A stretch of 64,000 nt of DNA from Octopus bimaculoides (lineage: Eukaryota), in contig NC_068991.1 in the NCBI RefSeq assembly GCF_001194135.2, positions 65,158,907-65,222,906 on the forward strand. Direction: 5' to 3'. Both the position numbers and the translations under genes were made by a program. How positions within the stretch are numbered: position 1 is the stretch's first letter; the number at the start of each line of letters is the position of its first letter. The notes under the pieces are model-generated. The model was not told the origin of the DNA and ran no database searches. It saw nothing but the letters and a program-made list of their open reading frames with translations. Of the stretch, positions 25,530 through 39,506 are shown piece by piece.

Positions 25530-28500
25530 GACACCTACTGTTCAGACTATCAAATGCTAGGAGGCCCCCTCCAGTTCTGCCTCACCAAGGACTATTAAAT
25601 TGGTGTTGCAAGAAAATGCACCCAGTACACTCTGTAAAGTGGTTGATATCAGGAAGGGTATCTAGCAGTAGAAACCAAGCTAAATGGCACATACAAGCAG
25701 AAGCTCCCAATAAGAGGTGACTCAAATCATGGCAATTCATTCAAAGCATGTTAGTGTGAAAAACAGACATATGATGATGATGATAGTTACATTAATGTTA
25801 TTTACTGAATTTTAGATAGACCAAATACATGGTTATAACCATCTTCTTCATCATCATTATCATCTGACATGTCTTTTTCCATGCTGGCATGGGTTGAATG
25901 GTTCAACATGAACTGACAAGCCAAAGGGATATGTGGGCAGTTTTGGTATGGTTTCTACAGTTGGATGTCATTCCTAACACCTACTTCTTCACTGAGTTGA
26001 GTATACTGGGTGCTTTCCCCCCCCCCTTCTCTTTTCTTTGTGGCACCAGCACTAGTGAGGTCACCAAGCAGCCACAAGTCAAAAGCTCTCAACAACTAAA
26101 TAGGGTATAGTATTGTGGGATATGAATGTGTGTGTGTGTGTGTGTACGAGTGCATGCGCTCATGTGCATGCATGCACTAGCATTTCCCAAATCCTCTAAA
26201 CGAAGATAATTATCATCATCATTTATCAATTTTTTATAATTCAGAATTTTTATTATTATAGTCAGGTTCCAACCCAGGCCAATAATTTAAAAGAGGAAAT
26301 CAAGAATTTTTTTTTTTTTCAAAAAAACTTCATTATACAATATCTGGTTTTACAACAATCATGTAACATTATCTATTAAGAAATATCCAAAATTATATTC
26401 TACAGAAACTAGAAATTTTTTAAAAAATGCAAAGTAAAATACGAGATATAATTATGTCATTTCATTTCCTCAGGCATTACACATATGATGCGAGTTATCT
26501 GTTAAGAATACGAGACATCAAGAGTAATTAAAGACAAAAGACCATGAACTGATGTAGGAGTTCACTGGAATTAGCAAAATCTGTTACTGAAAGTGTTTTA
26601 ATTTGGACAAAATCCCAAACACTTGCTTCAACTAGTGGGTTTATTAAGTCATTAAGAGCTATTTTCCTCAGTAGGCTAATGGAACTCTATTCAAGTCAGT
26701 ATGATTAATTACTCACTGATAAATCTGATTTCATAAATCCAAGCTAAAAATATTCAACATCTGTGGAGGTTAAAAATATATAAAGTTAAGTTCCAAGATT
26801 TAATGCTTTTCAGATGATAATTCCTTACACTGTTATTATCCTCATCCTTTACAATGTATCTTCATCATTATTTAGCATCCACTTTTCCATGCTTGCAAAA
26901 GTGAAACAGAATTTGTTGAGGCAGATTTTCTATGCCGTTGCCCTTCCTGTTGCCAACCCTAACCTATGACCAAACAAGGTAATATTTCCCATAGCCAGAT
27001 CTGTTTTTCATGGAAGACTGGAAACAAACAACACTGCTTGTATGACGGTGATGTTCGCTTACAACCATCAAAAGAAGTCAAGACAAGGGTACACACAAAC
27101 ACACACACACAACAGGCTTCTTTCCGTTTCTGCCTCCCAAATCCATTCACAAGGCTTTAGCTGGCCCAGAGCTATAGAAGACACATGTCCAAGAAGCCAC
27201 ACTGTGAGACTGAACCTGAGACTATATAAGTGGTTGAGAAGCAAGTTCCTCAACCATACAGACATGCCTCAACCTATTTACATTATTTACATACGACTCA
27301 CATTTTGTTTGGATCAATCAGTTGCCCTATTTCATTCTGTTGCTCAACCCAGATACACTCTTCTAATTCAACCGACTTATGATAATCTCCCATATTTTTA
27401 TCATCATCTTTACAATATATATTATCAATATTTACATATAAACCATATTTCGGTTCATTCAATCTTCTGTCCTGTTCTATTATTATTATTATTATTCAAC
27501 CTAGATCAATCCTAATCTAACTCTCCAATTCTCAAAGGCAACAAGATGCAAGCTGAGAAAAATTTAGCTGTTATTTCTAGAAGATCAAATAACTACATAA
27601 AGGCTTCCTCAATGATGCATTACAATAAAGGATGAACTGCTTCCTTCTGGAAGCCCTTTCCTCACCACCTCATGTTTTCTCACCAACCACTAACATGAAA
27701 CAAGGCACAAAGATGGATGTGTGACGGAGGAGCTTGCTTCACAGCCATGTGGTCAGGGTTCAGTTCTATTGCAAGGCACCTTGGGTAAGTGTTTTCTTTT
27801 ATAACCTTGAGTTGATCAATGCCCTAATGGATGAATTTGGTGGATGGAAAGTGAAAGAAATCTATTGCGAGTGCCGGTTCATGCTCGTTGTAAGTGCCAT
27901 CTGACTGGCTCCTGTGCTGGTGGCACATAAAAAGCACCATTCAAGCGTGGCTGATGCCAGTACCGCCAGACAGGCCCTCGTGCTGGTGGCACTTAAAAAG
28001 CACCCACTACACTCTCAGAGTGGTTGGCGTTAGGCAAGGCATCCAGCTGTAGAAACGTTGCCAGATCAGATTGGAGCCTGGTGCACGTTTCTGGCTCACT
28101 AATCCCTCAGTCAAACCGTACAACCCATGCCAGCATGGAAAGCGGACGTTAAATGACGATGATAATGATGATGATGTATGTGTGTATGTTTGTATGTACC
28201 TTTGTCTAGAACATCACATGATGATTGTAAATGAACATCATCATCATCATCATACAAGCAATGTTGTTCATTTCCATCCAACCATAAAAATACATGTCTG
28301 GCTATGGGAAGATATTACATTACTTGGTAAAAGATGAGAGTTGGCAACAAGAAGGGCATCAGGCAGCAGAAAATCTGCTTCAACAAATTCTGTTTGACCC
28401 ATGCAAGGGACATTAAAACAATGATGATAATTATATCTTTTCTAGAAAGGTTTTAAACTAGAAGATAAAAAAAAATGACAACCTGTTTTTTAGAAAAACA

Positions 28501-28710
28501 AAAGCTATCATCTCACACAATAGTTGAGTTGATGGTGATGGGCAGGGCATCTCAGTTTGAAAATAATTCCAGCAGAACACAAAATTTTAAATTTACACTC
28601 TCTTAGAAATTTTATAAAACCATCTCGCCTACATAACAATGTAAAATTATGTGTTCATGCGTGTATGTGCGCGCGCACACACACACACACACGCATACAT
28701 GGAACTGAGA

Positions 28711-28860
28711 GACAGAGAAAGAGGAAGACAGAGAAAGAGGAAGACAGAGAAAGAGGAAGACAGAGAAAGAGGAAGACAGAGAAAGAGGAAGACAGAGAAA
28801 GAGGAAGACAGAGAAAGAGGAAGACAGAGAAAGAGGAAGACAGAGAAAGAGGAAGACAGA
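28711..28860. repeat. Perfect 16-bp tandem repeat (GACAGAGAAAGAGGAA), 9 copies plus a partial
   Basis: Read directly; the 48-nt period gives the RERGRQRKRKTEKEED repeat ORFs. Confidence 0.95.
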
Positions 28861-29489
28861 GAGGGAGAGAGAGAAAGGTGATGGGTAAAACAGCTTTAAA
28901 CAAGTAGAAGCTTATAGACACATGGCTGGAACTTGTGACTAGATCTAAAATTAAAATGTAAAAGGAAGAATGGAGAAGAGAATCATAATAGCTTGAATGA
29001 TGGATGCCATCATGTGAGACATAATCCGAGACCAACAAAAGAATCTAAAATATATTTTTGCTTTTGTGAGTATGCGAAATTATGGTCAATTTCAGTGCAT
29101 TTAGTGAAATAATGAAATGTAATTTGACAAAGTTTCTATGTAATTACAATGATGTATGAAAATATTTATCAGAAAAGGTGACGTTTAAACATCCAGTGTG
29201 ATACAGTGAAGGTTAATAACTTAGACTGGTGGTTCTCAACCATTTTTTTTTTTTTACTTTTAGACCTCCTTGATATTTATTTTACTTTGGTGGACGCTCA
29301 TTGCCATTTGATATTTAAAAAAGATCCTATTATATTTCTATAATTAAATATTATTAGAAGTTGTATAAAAAAAAACTGAAAACATTTTGTAGTGTAAAAG
29401 TAGAACCAATTTATTGCACACAAACAGCAAAATCTTGTATGGACACTCAAGGGTCGTATAGACCCCAGTTGAAAACCAAAACATATCCT

Positions 29490-29894
29490 AAATAGCCAGG
29501 CACACATATACACAGCAAATAGCCATGCGCACAAACACACAAATACATATCCACACACACGCACATATACACACAAACACACATATGTACAGCAACTAGC
29601 CATGAGCACACACACACACAAATACATATCCACACACACGCACATATACACACACACATGTACAGCAAATAGCCATGAGCACACACACACACACACAAAT
29701 ACATATCCACACACACACAGCAAATAGCCATGAGCACACACACACACACACACACAAATACATATCCACACACACGCATATATACACACACACATATGTA
29801 CAGCAAATAGCCATGCGCACACACACATACACACACAAATACATATCCACACACACGCACATATACATACACACACATATGTACAGCAAATAGC

Positions 29895-29936
<42 letters not shown>

Positions 29937-30085
29937 AATACATATCCACACACATGCACATACATATGTACAGCAAATAGCCATGAGCGCACACACACAC
30001 ACACACACACACAAATACATATCCACACACATGCATATATATATACACACACACATACATATGTACAGCAAATAGCCATACATAT
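29490..30085. repeat. Compound minisatellite: about 8 units of CAGCAAATAGCCATG-(CA)n-AAATACATATCC-(CA)n-ATATGTA, each ~55-95 bp
   Basis: The anchor 15-mer recurs about 8 times with variable CA tracts; it explains the C/V-rich ORFs at 29298..30124. Confidence 0.9.
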
Positions 30086-32400
30086 GTACCTACACACAGT
30101 TAACAGTCGAATATACATGCACACAGCAAATCATCAAACATACACACAGAAAATAACCAGACATTCAGCTAAACAAAGTCATTCATTTCTAAGCCATAAT
30201 AATTTTCTTAATGGTTTGTTAGTCCAATTTATCTATTGTAACAGTGAGACGGTACGATATAGCTCAATGTTTTCTCTATCCAATTTATCTGAGGAAACAA
30301 GAGAGATGATGACGATTATAGCTCAATGCTTTCTTTGCAACCACTCACTAAAGATGCGTGAAAACTGATTAGTTACAAAATGTTCTTTTCCTCATACCTA
30401 TCATATCTCTATTAGCGAAATTAGTATTGAAATTAACATGTGTAAGCCACTAAATTGTACATCACAAACAAGGAAGCTTCTAAGAAGTTGTTTGAACTGT
30501 TAGAAATAGCAACTAAATATCCCTCAAAACAAAGCCTTCATCATCACCATCATCATTTAATATCCACTTTCCCATGCTTGCATGGTTCAAATGGAATTTC
30601 TACAGATGGATGTTCTTCCTGTTACCAACCCTCACTTTGTCCAAGCGATGTAATACCTTTCCATAGCCAAATACATTTTTCACAGAAGACAACAAATGAC
30701 ACAGTCCTACTTATATGACAATGATGCTCATTTACAATCATCATTTGAGGTTTAGACAGGAGCACACCCACACACACAGATATATTAACAGGCTTCTTTT
30801 AGTTTTTGCTGATCAACCCTACTCACAAGGCTTTGTTCAACCCAAGGTTACAGTAGAAAACACTTGCCCAAGGTACCTTGCAATGGAACTGAACCCTGTG
30901 GCCACATGGTTGCAAAAGAACAAGCTTCTTGACCACACAGCCATACCTGTGCCTTCTGTTCTTAAATGATGGGATGATCATTGGTGAAATACCTGTAACC
31001 ATACTCGGGCTTGAACTGGAGCTAAACAACAACGCAACAAGGAAGGACACACTGAACCAGAAAGATCTAGATACAGAAATAGTATGATGCTCGTAGCTGG
31101 AACACCTTTCAATACAAGGCTTCTTTCATTTTCCATCTACCAAATCCACTCATAAGGCTTTGATTAAGCCAGAGACCTTAGAAAACACTGGCCAAAGGTG
31201 CAGTTCAGTAGGACTGAACCCAAGACCATACAGCTGGAAAGCAAGCTTCTTACCAACATAGCCATACCTGTTTGGCGTTATAAACAGAGACAAAAATGTA
31301 AAATGCATAAAATTAAGTGTTGGCTGAAGCGAACCTAAATATATACTCCTGTCAGGTATTTATTTAGTTAGATGAAGAATCCTGACATTTTGAGAGAAGA
31401 CCTTTGTCAAATTACCAATTTGACACAACTGTCTAAATGACAAACCTATGACACATCAGTAGGCAGTCCCTTCCATTAAGTATATATACATATTTACTAC
31501 TATAAGAATAGTCCCATTGATAGTTTTAACATACAAAAAGCGTGTTATTTCGAGATCATCTCACAACTTAAAATAGCTTCTGCAGGTGTGAGTATACAAG
31601 TGAACGTGTGAGGGAGGTGTATGTGTGTGTGTATGAGCGCGCAAAACAGGAAATATCTTTATCTTTTACTTGTTTCAGTCATTAGACTGCAGCCAGATTG
31701 TAATATTGTGACATGTAGATGGAATTTCTTCTGTTTCTCACTCTATCAGCTCTGGTGTGTCTCAGGGTTGTTTGCTCCCCCCACACACACACTGCCATAA
31801 ACAGATGCCTTGGGAGTGTCCTAAGCAGAGTAAGCCAGTCTTGTCCCTTCCAACAGCGAAGAAACACAAATGCTCCTCTTATCAAGAAAATATCATCGCA
31901 AGCATAAAACAAGTAGATATTGCTATTATTAAGGGAGTAAACAGTCAATACTGAACCAGACAAAATGCTTAGCAGCATTTCTTCAAACTCTTACATTCTG
32001 AGTTCAAATCCTGCCATGTGCAATCAACTTAACATTTCATCCTTTCAAGTTCAATAAGAGAATGCATCAGTCAAGTACTGGGGTCAATGTAACCAACTTA
32101 CACCACCCTATACTCAGAATTGATGGCTTTGTGCTAAGATGCAGGGGAGGAGGGGGAATTGAATTCAAAAACACAGTATTTTCATAATAAAAGTAAGGAG
32201 ACTTTGCAGCCTATTAGTATGTATTTTAGACACCTACTGATTTTAATAGGAAGAAAAATGTGCATTATTTTTGGAAAATATATTAATATGCTGAGGTCAT
32301 AAAAAAAAAAACTATTGCAAAATATAAACTGTGTAATACAGTTTGATAAAAAAAAACACCAAGTGTTTAATAAAATGAATTTAGAAGGAAAGTAACTGAC

Positions 32401-32493
32401 CACACAGTTGATGCCAAACTTATGTCCATGAAACTGGGCAATTTGAACCTTCTCTTCAACATCCCAGACTCTGACTGCAGGCTGATGACCACT
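32401..32493 (-). CDS. MAPKBP1: MAPKBP1/WDR62-family exon (93 nt): [31 protein letters not shown]
   Basis: Acceptor tttctttcag|AGT, donor GTG|gtcagt; WD (VWD) and GH dipeptides present; phase 0-0. Confidence 0.95.
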
Positions 32494-35078
32494 CTGAAAG
32501 AAACAGAAAGGAATATTATTTGTATGCTAATATATACAGCTGAAAATCTTGTTTAAGGATTATTTAACACAAAAAATTAGAAATAGGATGGATTTTTTTT
32601 TTGTTTGCCCTTATTGTCTCCCTATCCACCTTTTGTTTCTTAATACCTCATTTCCACTATTCTTTCTCTCTTTCCTGCTGGGGTAGCCAAGTATCATCTC
32701 TACAGCAAGACACCTACTTTCTGCCCCTATCATACTTTGGCCTCTCTACACCAGGCACAAAGTCACTCCATTCAATTCCGAACCTCAACTCTTTCAAGGG
32801 GCTTGCAAGATACTTGGTGATATCACTGGTGCTAGTGCCATGTATAAAGCACCCAGTACACTCTTTATAGTGGTTAGTATTAGGAAGAGCCTCCAGCCAT
32901 AGAAACCTCCTAAAGCAAACATTAGAGATTAATGCAGGCCTCATATCCTGTCAAATATCCAAACAATGCCACCATAGAATACAGATAGTAAAGGATCAGA
33001 TATATATCTCATCATCATCATCATCATCATTTAACATCTGTTTTCCATGCTGGCATGGGTTGGATGGTTCCACAGGAACTGGCATGTCAAAAAATAGCAC
33101 CAACCCCTGCTTTCTGCTTTGGCATCATTTCTACAACTAGATGCCCTTCCTAATGCCAACATGGCACCAGCAACAATGAGGTCACCAAGTAACTTGCTAG
33201 ACACAATCCTCAACTGAGGAGAGGAGCAGTAGTGAGAGACAGAAAAAGGAGTCTTGTATTAGAGGAAAGACATGGTTTCCTCAAATGGAGGTAGGGGGGT
33301 GTATGGCATACACACACAAAGAGGAAGAACAGTGCCCATGGCTTTTGCAGGACTCTCTCGGGCTGATCCCAGCCAGCACAGGGTGGGAACCATGAAACCC
33401 ACTTTGCATGCTTGCAACAGAGTAAATTCTGTTAAGTGTACCCAAAGACCAGGTGATAATGTTAAATCGGGCAGCAATATCTCTGACCGGATATTCAGTC
33501 ATAAAAGCAAATTCTGGTACATACAGTGGGAGTAAGACAACATTTGAGATTTGACAGATGCATTTAAGCAATAGAAGAAAGGATTATAATAATTAACTTA
33601 ATTGATAATGACCACCAATTTAAGTGACTCAAAGTGAACTAAAGTAAAAACAATCAGGTATATTTATCAACTTTATTTGATAGCCAACAAGGTGGAACCA
33701 GTAAGAGACTAAGATACATTACCTTACACAGCAGGACAAAACTTATGACCAGACTCCAAATTGTAACCCTTTGCTTGTCCTATGTATCACATGTGAAACA
33801 TGAGACATATTTGCCTATTGTCCATGCATCATATAAGATGCACATTCCCAAATGTTTCCAACTACCAGAGTAACTTGGGACTTATGAAAGGAAAGCTTTA
33901 TATTACTCGGAACATATGAAACAAAGGCTAACTAAAAGCTTGTGAACAAGCATGAATGTTTAGAACAAACTTATGAAAATGTTTGCGACAGGTAAAGAGT
34001 TAAACTACTGAACAGTCCAGCTCATGCACTAGTATGGAAGACAGACATTAAAAGATGAAGACGATAAATCAAGATGGGGTTTAAAAAATTTCTCTAACTA
34101 GATAGCCATCAGCATGATGACTATATAGCTAATTAGGAAGGTGTCTTGCACAGAGTGGTACTGCAATTTTAGATATTCACAAGAATTACTAGAGAAGGCA
34201 TTTCTGTAACTGGACGTCAATTCAGAACACTCGACATTTAAGTGTTAAGTGAGAGTGCCGTCTGATTTCCATCCAAGAAAACTGAAGTAAAGAAAGACTG
34301 AAGACCGTGTTTTCAAATTACAAATATATAGACCAGAGATATTTAAATATTAAACTTGTCATGCTTACCAAAAGTTTAGCTATAAATAGTTTATCTATTC
34401 TCTCAAACAAAGAGATATATATATATATAAGCACATTACACACCCCCATTTATATGTACATCATATGCACACAAACACACATGAATATAAATATCACACA
34501 CACAGATCAGTGATAGTATGCAGCCTAGTCAAAATGTTTAGTGCACTGATGGAGTAGAGACACTGTTGTCACATTAGCATTCTGTGTATTTGCATGCAAA
34601 ATATTTGTAAAGATCATCAAGGGTGTGGTTGAACTGGGATATAGAACACTTCTTCCTAAAGAAATATTACACACACACAGGGGCTGTGCATGGCAAAGTT
34701 TGTAGAGCTTCAGATGAAATACCTATTGGTATTTGGTAACATCTCAAGTTAAATCTTTTCCAAATCAACTTTACCTTGTTTTCTTCTGGAGTTGATAAAA
34801 TAAATACCAGTTTAGTACAGAAGGTTACTATAATAGTCTATACTCGTTTAAGATGATGGTCACAGTTCAATAACTAAAACTAGTTGTGAGAGAGAAAGAC
34901 ATGGAGACAGAGAGTGTATGTGCACATGTCTAACAAGCAAACATGTAAATGAACATCATATTATTTGTTGATCACAAGATAGTGCACCCTCAACTCACCA
35001 AGTGTGTTGATGTGTGTGTGCTGCAGCTGTATCATAGGCGAATAAAACTGGGAGTAACTACCATCATGTAGCAGAAAG

Positions 35079-35320
35079 GGTAAGGCGGTGAGCTGGCAGA
35101 AACGTTAGCACGCTGGGCAAAATGCTTAGCGATTTTTCATCTGCCGTTACGTTCTGAGTTCAAATTCCGTCGAGGTCGACTTTGCCTTTCATCCTTTCGG
35201 GGTCTATAAATTAAGTACCAGTTGCGTACTGGGGTCGATGTAATCGACTTAATCCCTTTGTCTGACCCTGTTTGTCCCGTCTATGTTTAGCCCCTTATGG
35301 GCAATAAAGAAATAAGAAAA
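35079..35320 (+). mobile_element. SINE group B with a Nin/Deu-like central motif (copies at about 1655-1870 +, 31960-32140 +, 35920-36095 +, 51900-52110 -, 54660-54860 -, 57520-57700 -, 57725-57930 -, 58985-59135 +, 63290-63430 +, 63570-63690 +)
   Basis: Head GGTAAGGCGGTGAGCTGGCAG...CTGAGTTCAAATTCC and core GACTTTGCCTTTCATCCTTTCGGGGTCGATAAA.TAAGTACCAG. The resemblance to the Nin/Deu-type SINE core is from memory. Confidence 0.85.
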
Positions 35321-36462
35321 GGTAACTGCCATCAGGCTGAAGGAAGGAGTCACTACATCAAACCATCAAACTGTAAAAAGGATTAACAATACTCAGACAG
35401 CCGAACACACAGCAATAACAAAGCATTGTTGTCTTTTTGTCACTGCTGCATTGTTAAAACCTACATATTTCATTTGAAACAATCCAGTGTTACATTTAGT
35501 AATTCCTACAAATGCAATTCTGTGGAACATAAAATGGTGCAGACAGAATCTATTTATAGCATGAAGTCACACATGCTTTCGCATGAATTTATTTTGATAA
35601 AACCAAAAATAAAACAGGACCTCATTGCTAACAATGTTGATTTTATTTATCTATTTATTTATATTATTATTTCACATCAAAAAAACATGAGCAAAATTGA
35701 TCAATGCATAGTGTTTAAAAAACAATGGCCATCATTGTTTGTAAGCTCCGTGCAACAGATATCAATAGTTGAACTAGTAACATAAATTCACATCTTTCAT
35801 ACATACTTATGAAATATAATGAACATTCAATCATTAGTATTGTATTGTCCTGTACCATCCCCAACATCTTCTGTGCACCCTTAGTGGTTAATGAAAACAT
35901 TATTAAAGCAACAAGCTGGTAGCAGCATTTCATCTGTCATTACATTCCAAGTTCAAATGCAGCCAAGATCAACTTTGCCTTACATCCTTTCGGAGTTGAT
36001 AAAATAACAGTTGAGTACTGGAGTCAATCTAGATGTGATCAACTAGCTGTTGCCCCTAAAATTTCAGGCTTTGTGCCTATAGCAGAAACGATTATTATTA
36101 TTATTGGAGTGGTTGGCATTAGGAAGGGCATCCAGCTGTAGAAACTCTGCCAAATCAAATTGGAGCCTGGTGTAGCCATCTGGTTCACCAGTCCTCAGTC
36201 AAATTGTCCAACCCATGCTAGCATGGAAAGCGGACATTAAACGATGATGATGATGATGATGATGATACAAAAATGTAACATTATTACAGTGATCTAAAAT
36301 CTTCCTCATACATCAGTTAGCTTGGACAATAGACATAACATACTTTTCATGCACTTGGCTGGAGAAAAAAGGGTAACATTTAGGTCCCATGTGTAATGTA
36401 AACCCCTAATTCTTATATATAAAAATTTGGAGAAGGGGCATATAAAATTTGAAAAAAATATG

Positions 36463-36493
<31 letters not shown>

Positions 36494-36879
36494 TATCTAT
36501 AGGCACAGATATGGCTGGGTGGTATGAAGTTTGCTTCCCAACCACATGGTTCCAGGTTCAGTCCGTCTGCATGGTACTTTAGGCAAGTGTCTCTCTCTAT
36601 AGCCTCAGGCCAACCAAAGCCTTGTGAATGGATATTGTGGACAGAAACTGGAAGAATCCTGTCATGCGTGCGTGCGTGTGTGTCACCCACCACTAATTGA
36701 TAACTGGTGTTGGTGTATTTATGTCCCCATAATTTAGCAGTTCACCAAAAAGAAACCGATAAAATAAGTACCAGGCTTTAAAAAAAAGTACTGGAGTTGA
36801 TTCATTCACCTAAAAAAAAATTCAAGACAGTGCCCAAATATGGCTGCAGTCTAATGACTGAAACCAGTAAAAGGTATTA

Positions 36880-36982
36880 TTGGACTGGTGCATAATTAAC
36901 AACTGTTTTATGTTATTTTGATGTTTTATTTTTTTTTTAATTTAGAAGAAAAAAACAGTCATTAATTATGCACTTACCCAAA
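36880..36982. mobile_element. Short mariner-type MITE (~100 bp, mostly TIR)
   Basis: TA|TTGGACTGGTGCATAATTAACAACTGTTTT ... AAAACAGTCATTAATTATGCACTTACCCAA|TA. Confidence 0.65.
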
Positions 36983-38159
36983 TATCCAGTTTTATGAGTC
37001 TATATACACTTCCAACATCATGAATATATTTACACATCCAATATTATATACATAGACAATATTGTGATTGTACACATCGACAATGTTGTTATGCTGTTAT
37101 CACTGCAACACTTAGGAATTTATTATGATACAGTTGACACCATCTTTCATCATCATCATTTAACATCCATTTCCCATGCTGGCATGGGTTGGACAGTTTG
37201 ACCGAGGTCTGGAAAACCAGCAGCTGCACCAGGCTCCAATCTGATCTGGCAATGTTTCTACAGCTGGATGCCCTTCCTAACGCCAACCACTCCGAGAGTG
37301 TAGTGGGTGCATTTTACGTGCCACCAGCGCAGGAGCTAGTTAGGCTGCCCTGGCATTGATCACATTCAGATATTGCTTTATATGTGCCACCAGCCATCAC
37401 AACAGTTATTCTTCTGCTGACATACAACAACCAATACTACTTATTACCATCACAATTTAACACAAAAACCTGAAACCAATATGGGATGGACAACTGTAAC
37501 AGTGTAATGGTTGTAGCACTGACCTCCCACACTTCACAGGTATCAAGTTGGTAATATTATAGCCATTATGCATTCTTCAGTAAAATACTCGCCCCTGTCA
37601 TATGCACATAATGACGATACATCACCTTGGTGACTATGTCATGACAAACTATCCTATTACATTGCACACCTGACCTTTGATCACACAGTTGCCACCCTTT
37701 AGCATTCTGTCAAATGCAATGCATAGTTATTCACATTGGTTTGAATTAATCCTGCAGTCATGTAGCTTCAATATTTCAATGCTGAGATTGTTCATTTTTA
37801 GAATAACATCGGTAGGGGAGGTGTTAGATGCCAGATCTGGCGGGTTTCAGTATAAAAACAGGTGCAATATTTGAGTTGGATATGGCTGAATTAAATGTAT
37901 GTTAACCCCATTGCTTTGCCATGGGGCCAATAAAGTTAATAGCAAGGGGAAAAAAATTGGAGAATATGTATTTCAAAATATTCATAGTACACTGTCTCAC
38001 TCCTGAAGCCTTACAATTAGTAAGAAAAATACAACACCAGCAAAAGTATTTTCTACTTGTGATAAAAAAAACACAAACTATTCTGTACTTCAAGTGTTTC
38101 TCACCCAAAGAGAAATATCTTGCTTATTTTAATCCTTTAGCATCCCACTTATTGTGTCG

Positions 38160-38545
38160 AATGTATCATCATCAATATTTAACACTCATTTTCCAAGCTT
38201 GAATGGCTTGACAGAAACTAACAAGGCCAGGGGCAGTACAAGGTTTCATAATCTGTTTTGGCTTGGTTTCTATGGTTGAATGTCCTTCTTAACACCAACC
38301 TCTTTACAGAGTGATTTTTTTTACATGGCACCATCACCAGTGCTTTTTACATAGCACTAGCAACAGTGCTTTTCATGTGGCACCTTGGTTTTAGGGTCTC
38401 GATTCTGTTGTGGTGAGCAGGTCTTCTTGAGTACAGCAACGTGTCACATGTCTCTGTCCTCTGCCATCTTCTTTGTAAGACTCAGCGTTTTGAGATCAGC
38501 CTTCATTACTTCATTCCATCTCTTCCTGGGCCTCCCTCTTCTATA
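38160..38545 (-). mobile_element. Older RTE LINE 3' fragment
   Basis: Minus strand reads VKGSYRRGRPRKRWNEVMKADLKTLSLTK followed by a degenerate copy of the same 3' UTR and tail. Confidence 0.75.
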
Positions 38546-39506
38546 ACTTCCCTTCACATTGTTTTGACTTAATCATGTATTATCCTCATAGCTTTGAGAT
38601 TTCAATGATGCAATTGCTTACATTTAGAATGACATGGTAGGTAAGTGTAAGAGGCCAGACCTGGTTAGTTTTAATATAAAACAAGTAGAATATCTTGGCT
38701 AGATTAAGGCCAGTTTAAATGCTAGAGGATAATAGTTACCAGATTTGATGGCATATACAATGCACATTTTTTCCTCCCACCAAAAATGCTTCAAAAATCA
38801 ACTCAGGACATTACACAAAGTTGAACCTATATTACATGCTTCAATGCACTAAAAACATTTTTTTCTGAATATGTGCTGCTGAAATTTGGACACATCTAAT
38901 ATGCCTGTGTCTTTTAAGGCATCAAATATGGTAATAACTAAAACAACAGTTTTATAAAACCTTATATTTATTGTAATAAATTTTCCATTTAACTTCAGAA
39001 TAAATGTTTAAATATTATTAGCTGTTAATACATAGTCTACAGAGGAAAGCAGGGAATATGGCAACATTACAGTGGCAAGTCAAGATGTAAATATAAACAC
39101 GAGAAACATTAAGTGATGAATTAAAACTGCAAAAAGTGGAGGGTGGGAGTAAGTTCAGAATGTAAAATAAATTACTAGAAATGCTGTACCATGTAAGCAA
39201 GCAAGCTAATGTTGTGATGAATGTTTAGAAGCATGTCTGTAAGTTTACAGTAATATTGCAGTTAATAGGTTCAGAACGACTTCAGCAGCAGGCAATGCAT
39301 TCGAGTAACATAGAAAAGCTGGTAGAAATAATAGCTATTATTTTGCCATCTTGGTATGAAGTAAAACCAGATGACAAACTTTTCCTAAATTGAACAGGAT
39401 TCTGTTATTCCTATACCTTCTTAGATCAGTACTGATGAGCAAGGATTACATTGCTCAGGCTACCTAAATGTAAATAGGCACCAACTGGCAGTCATACTTC
39501 ATTACT

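Noticed and set aside
28557-29038. Charged repetitive ORFs (RERGRQRKRKTEKEED)n
   Set aside because: Read-through of the 16-bp tandem repeat; no splice or homology support.
29490-30085. CRISPR-like repeat-spacer array
   Set aside because: The spacers are (CA)n variants of each other rather than unique sequences; eukaryotic intron context and no cas genes.
29298-30124. Long Cys/Val-rich ORFs (261, 225 and 154 aa)
   Set aside because: Translations of the TG-rich compound satellite, open in several frames; not a metallothionein- or keratin-like gene.
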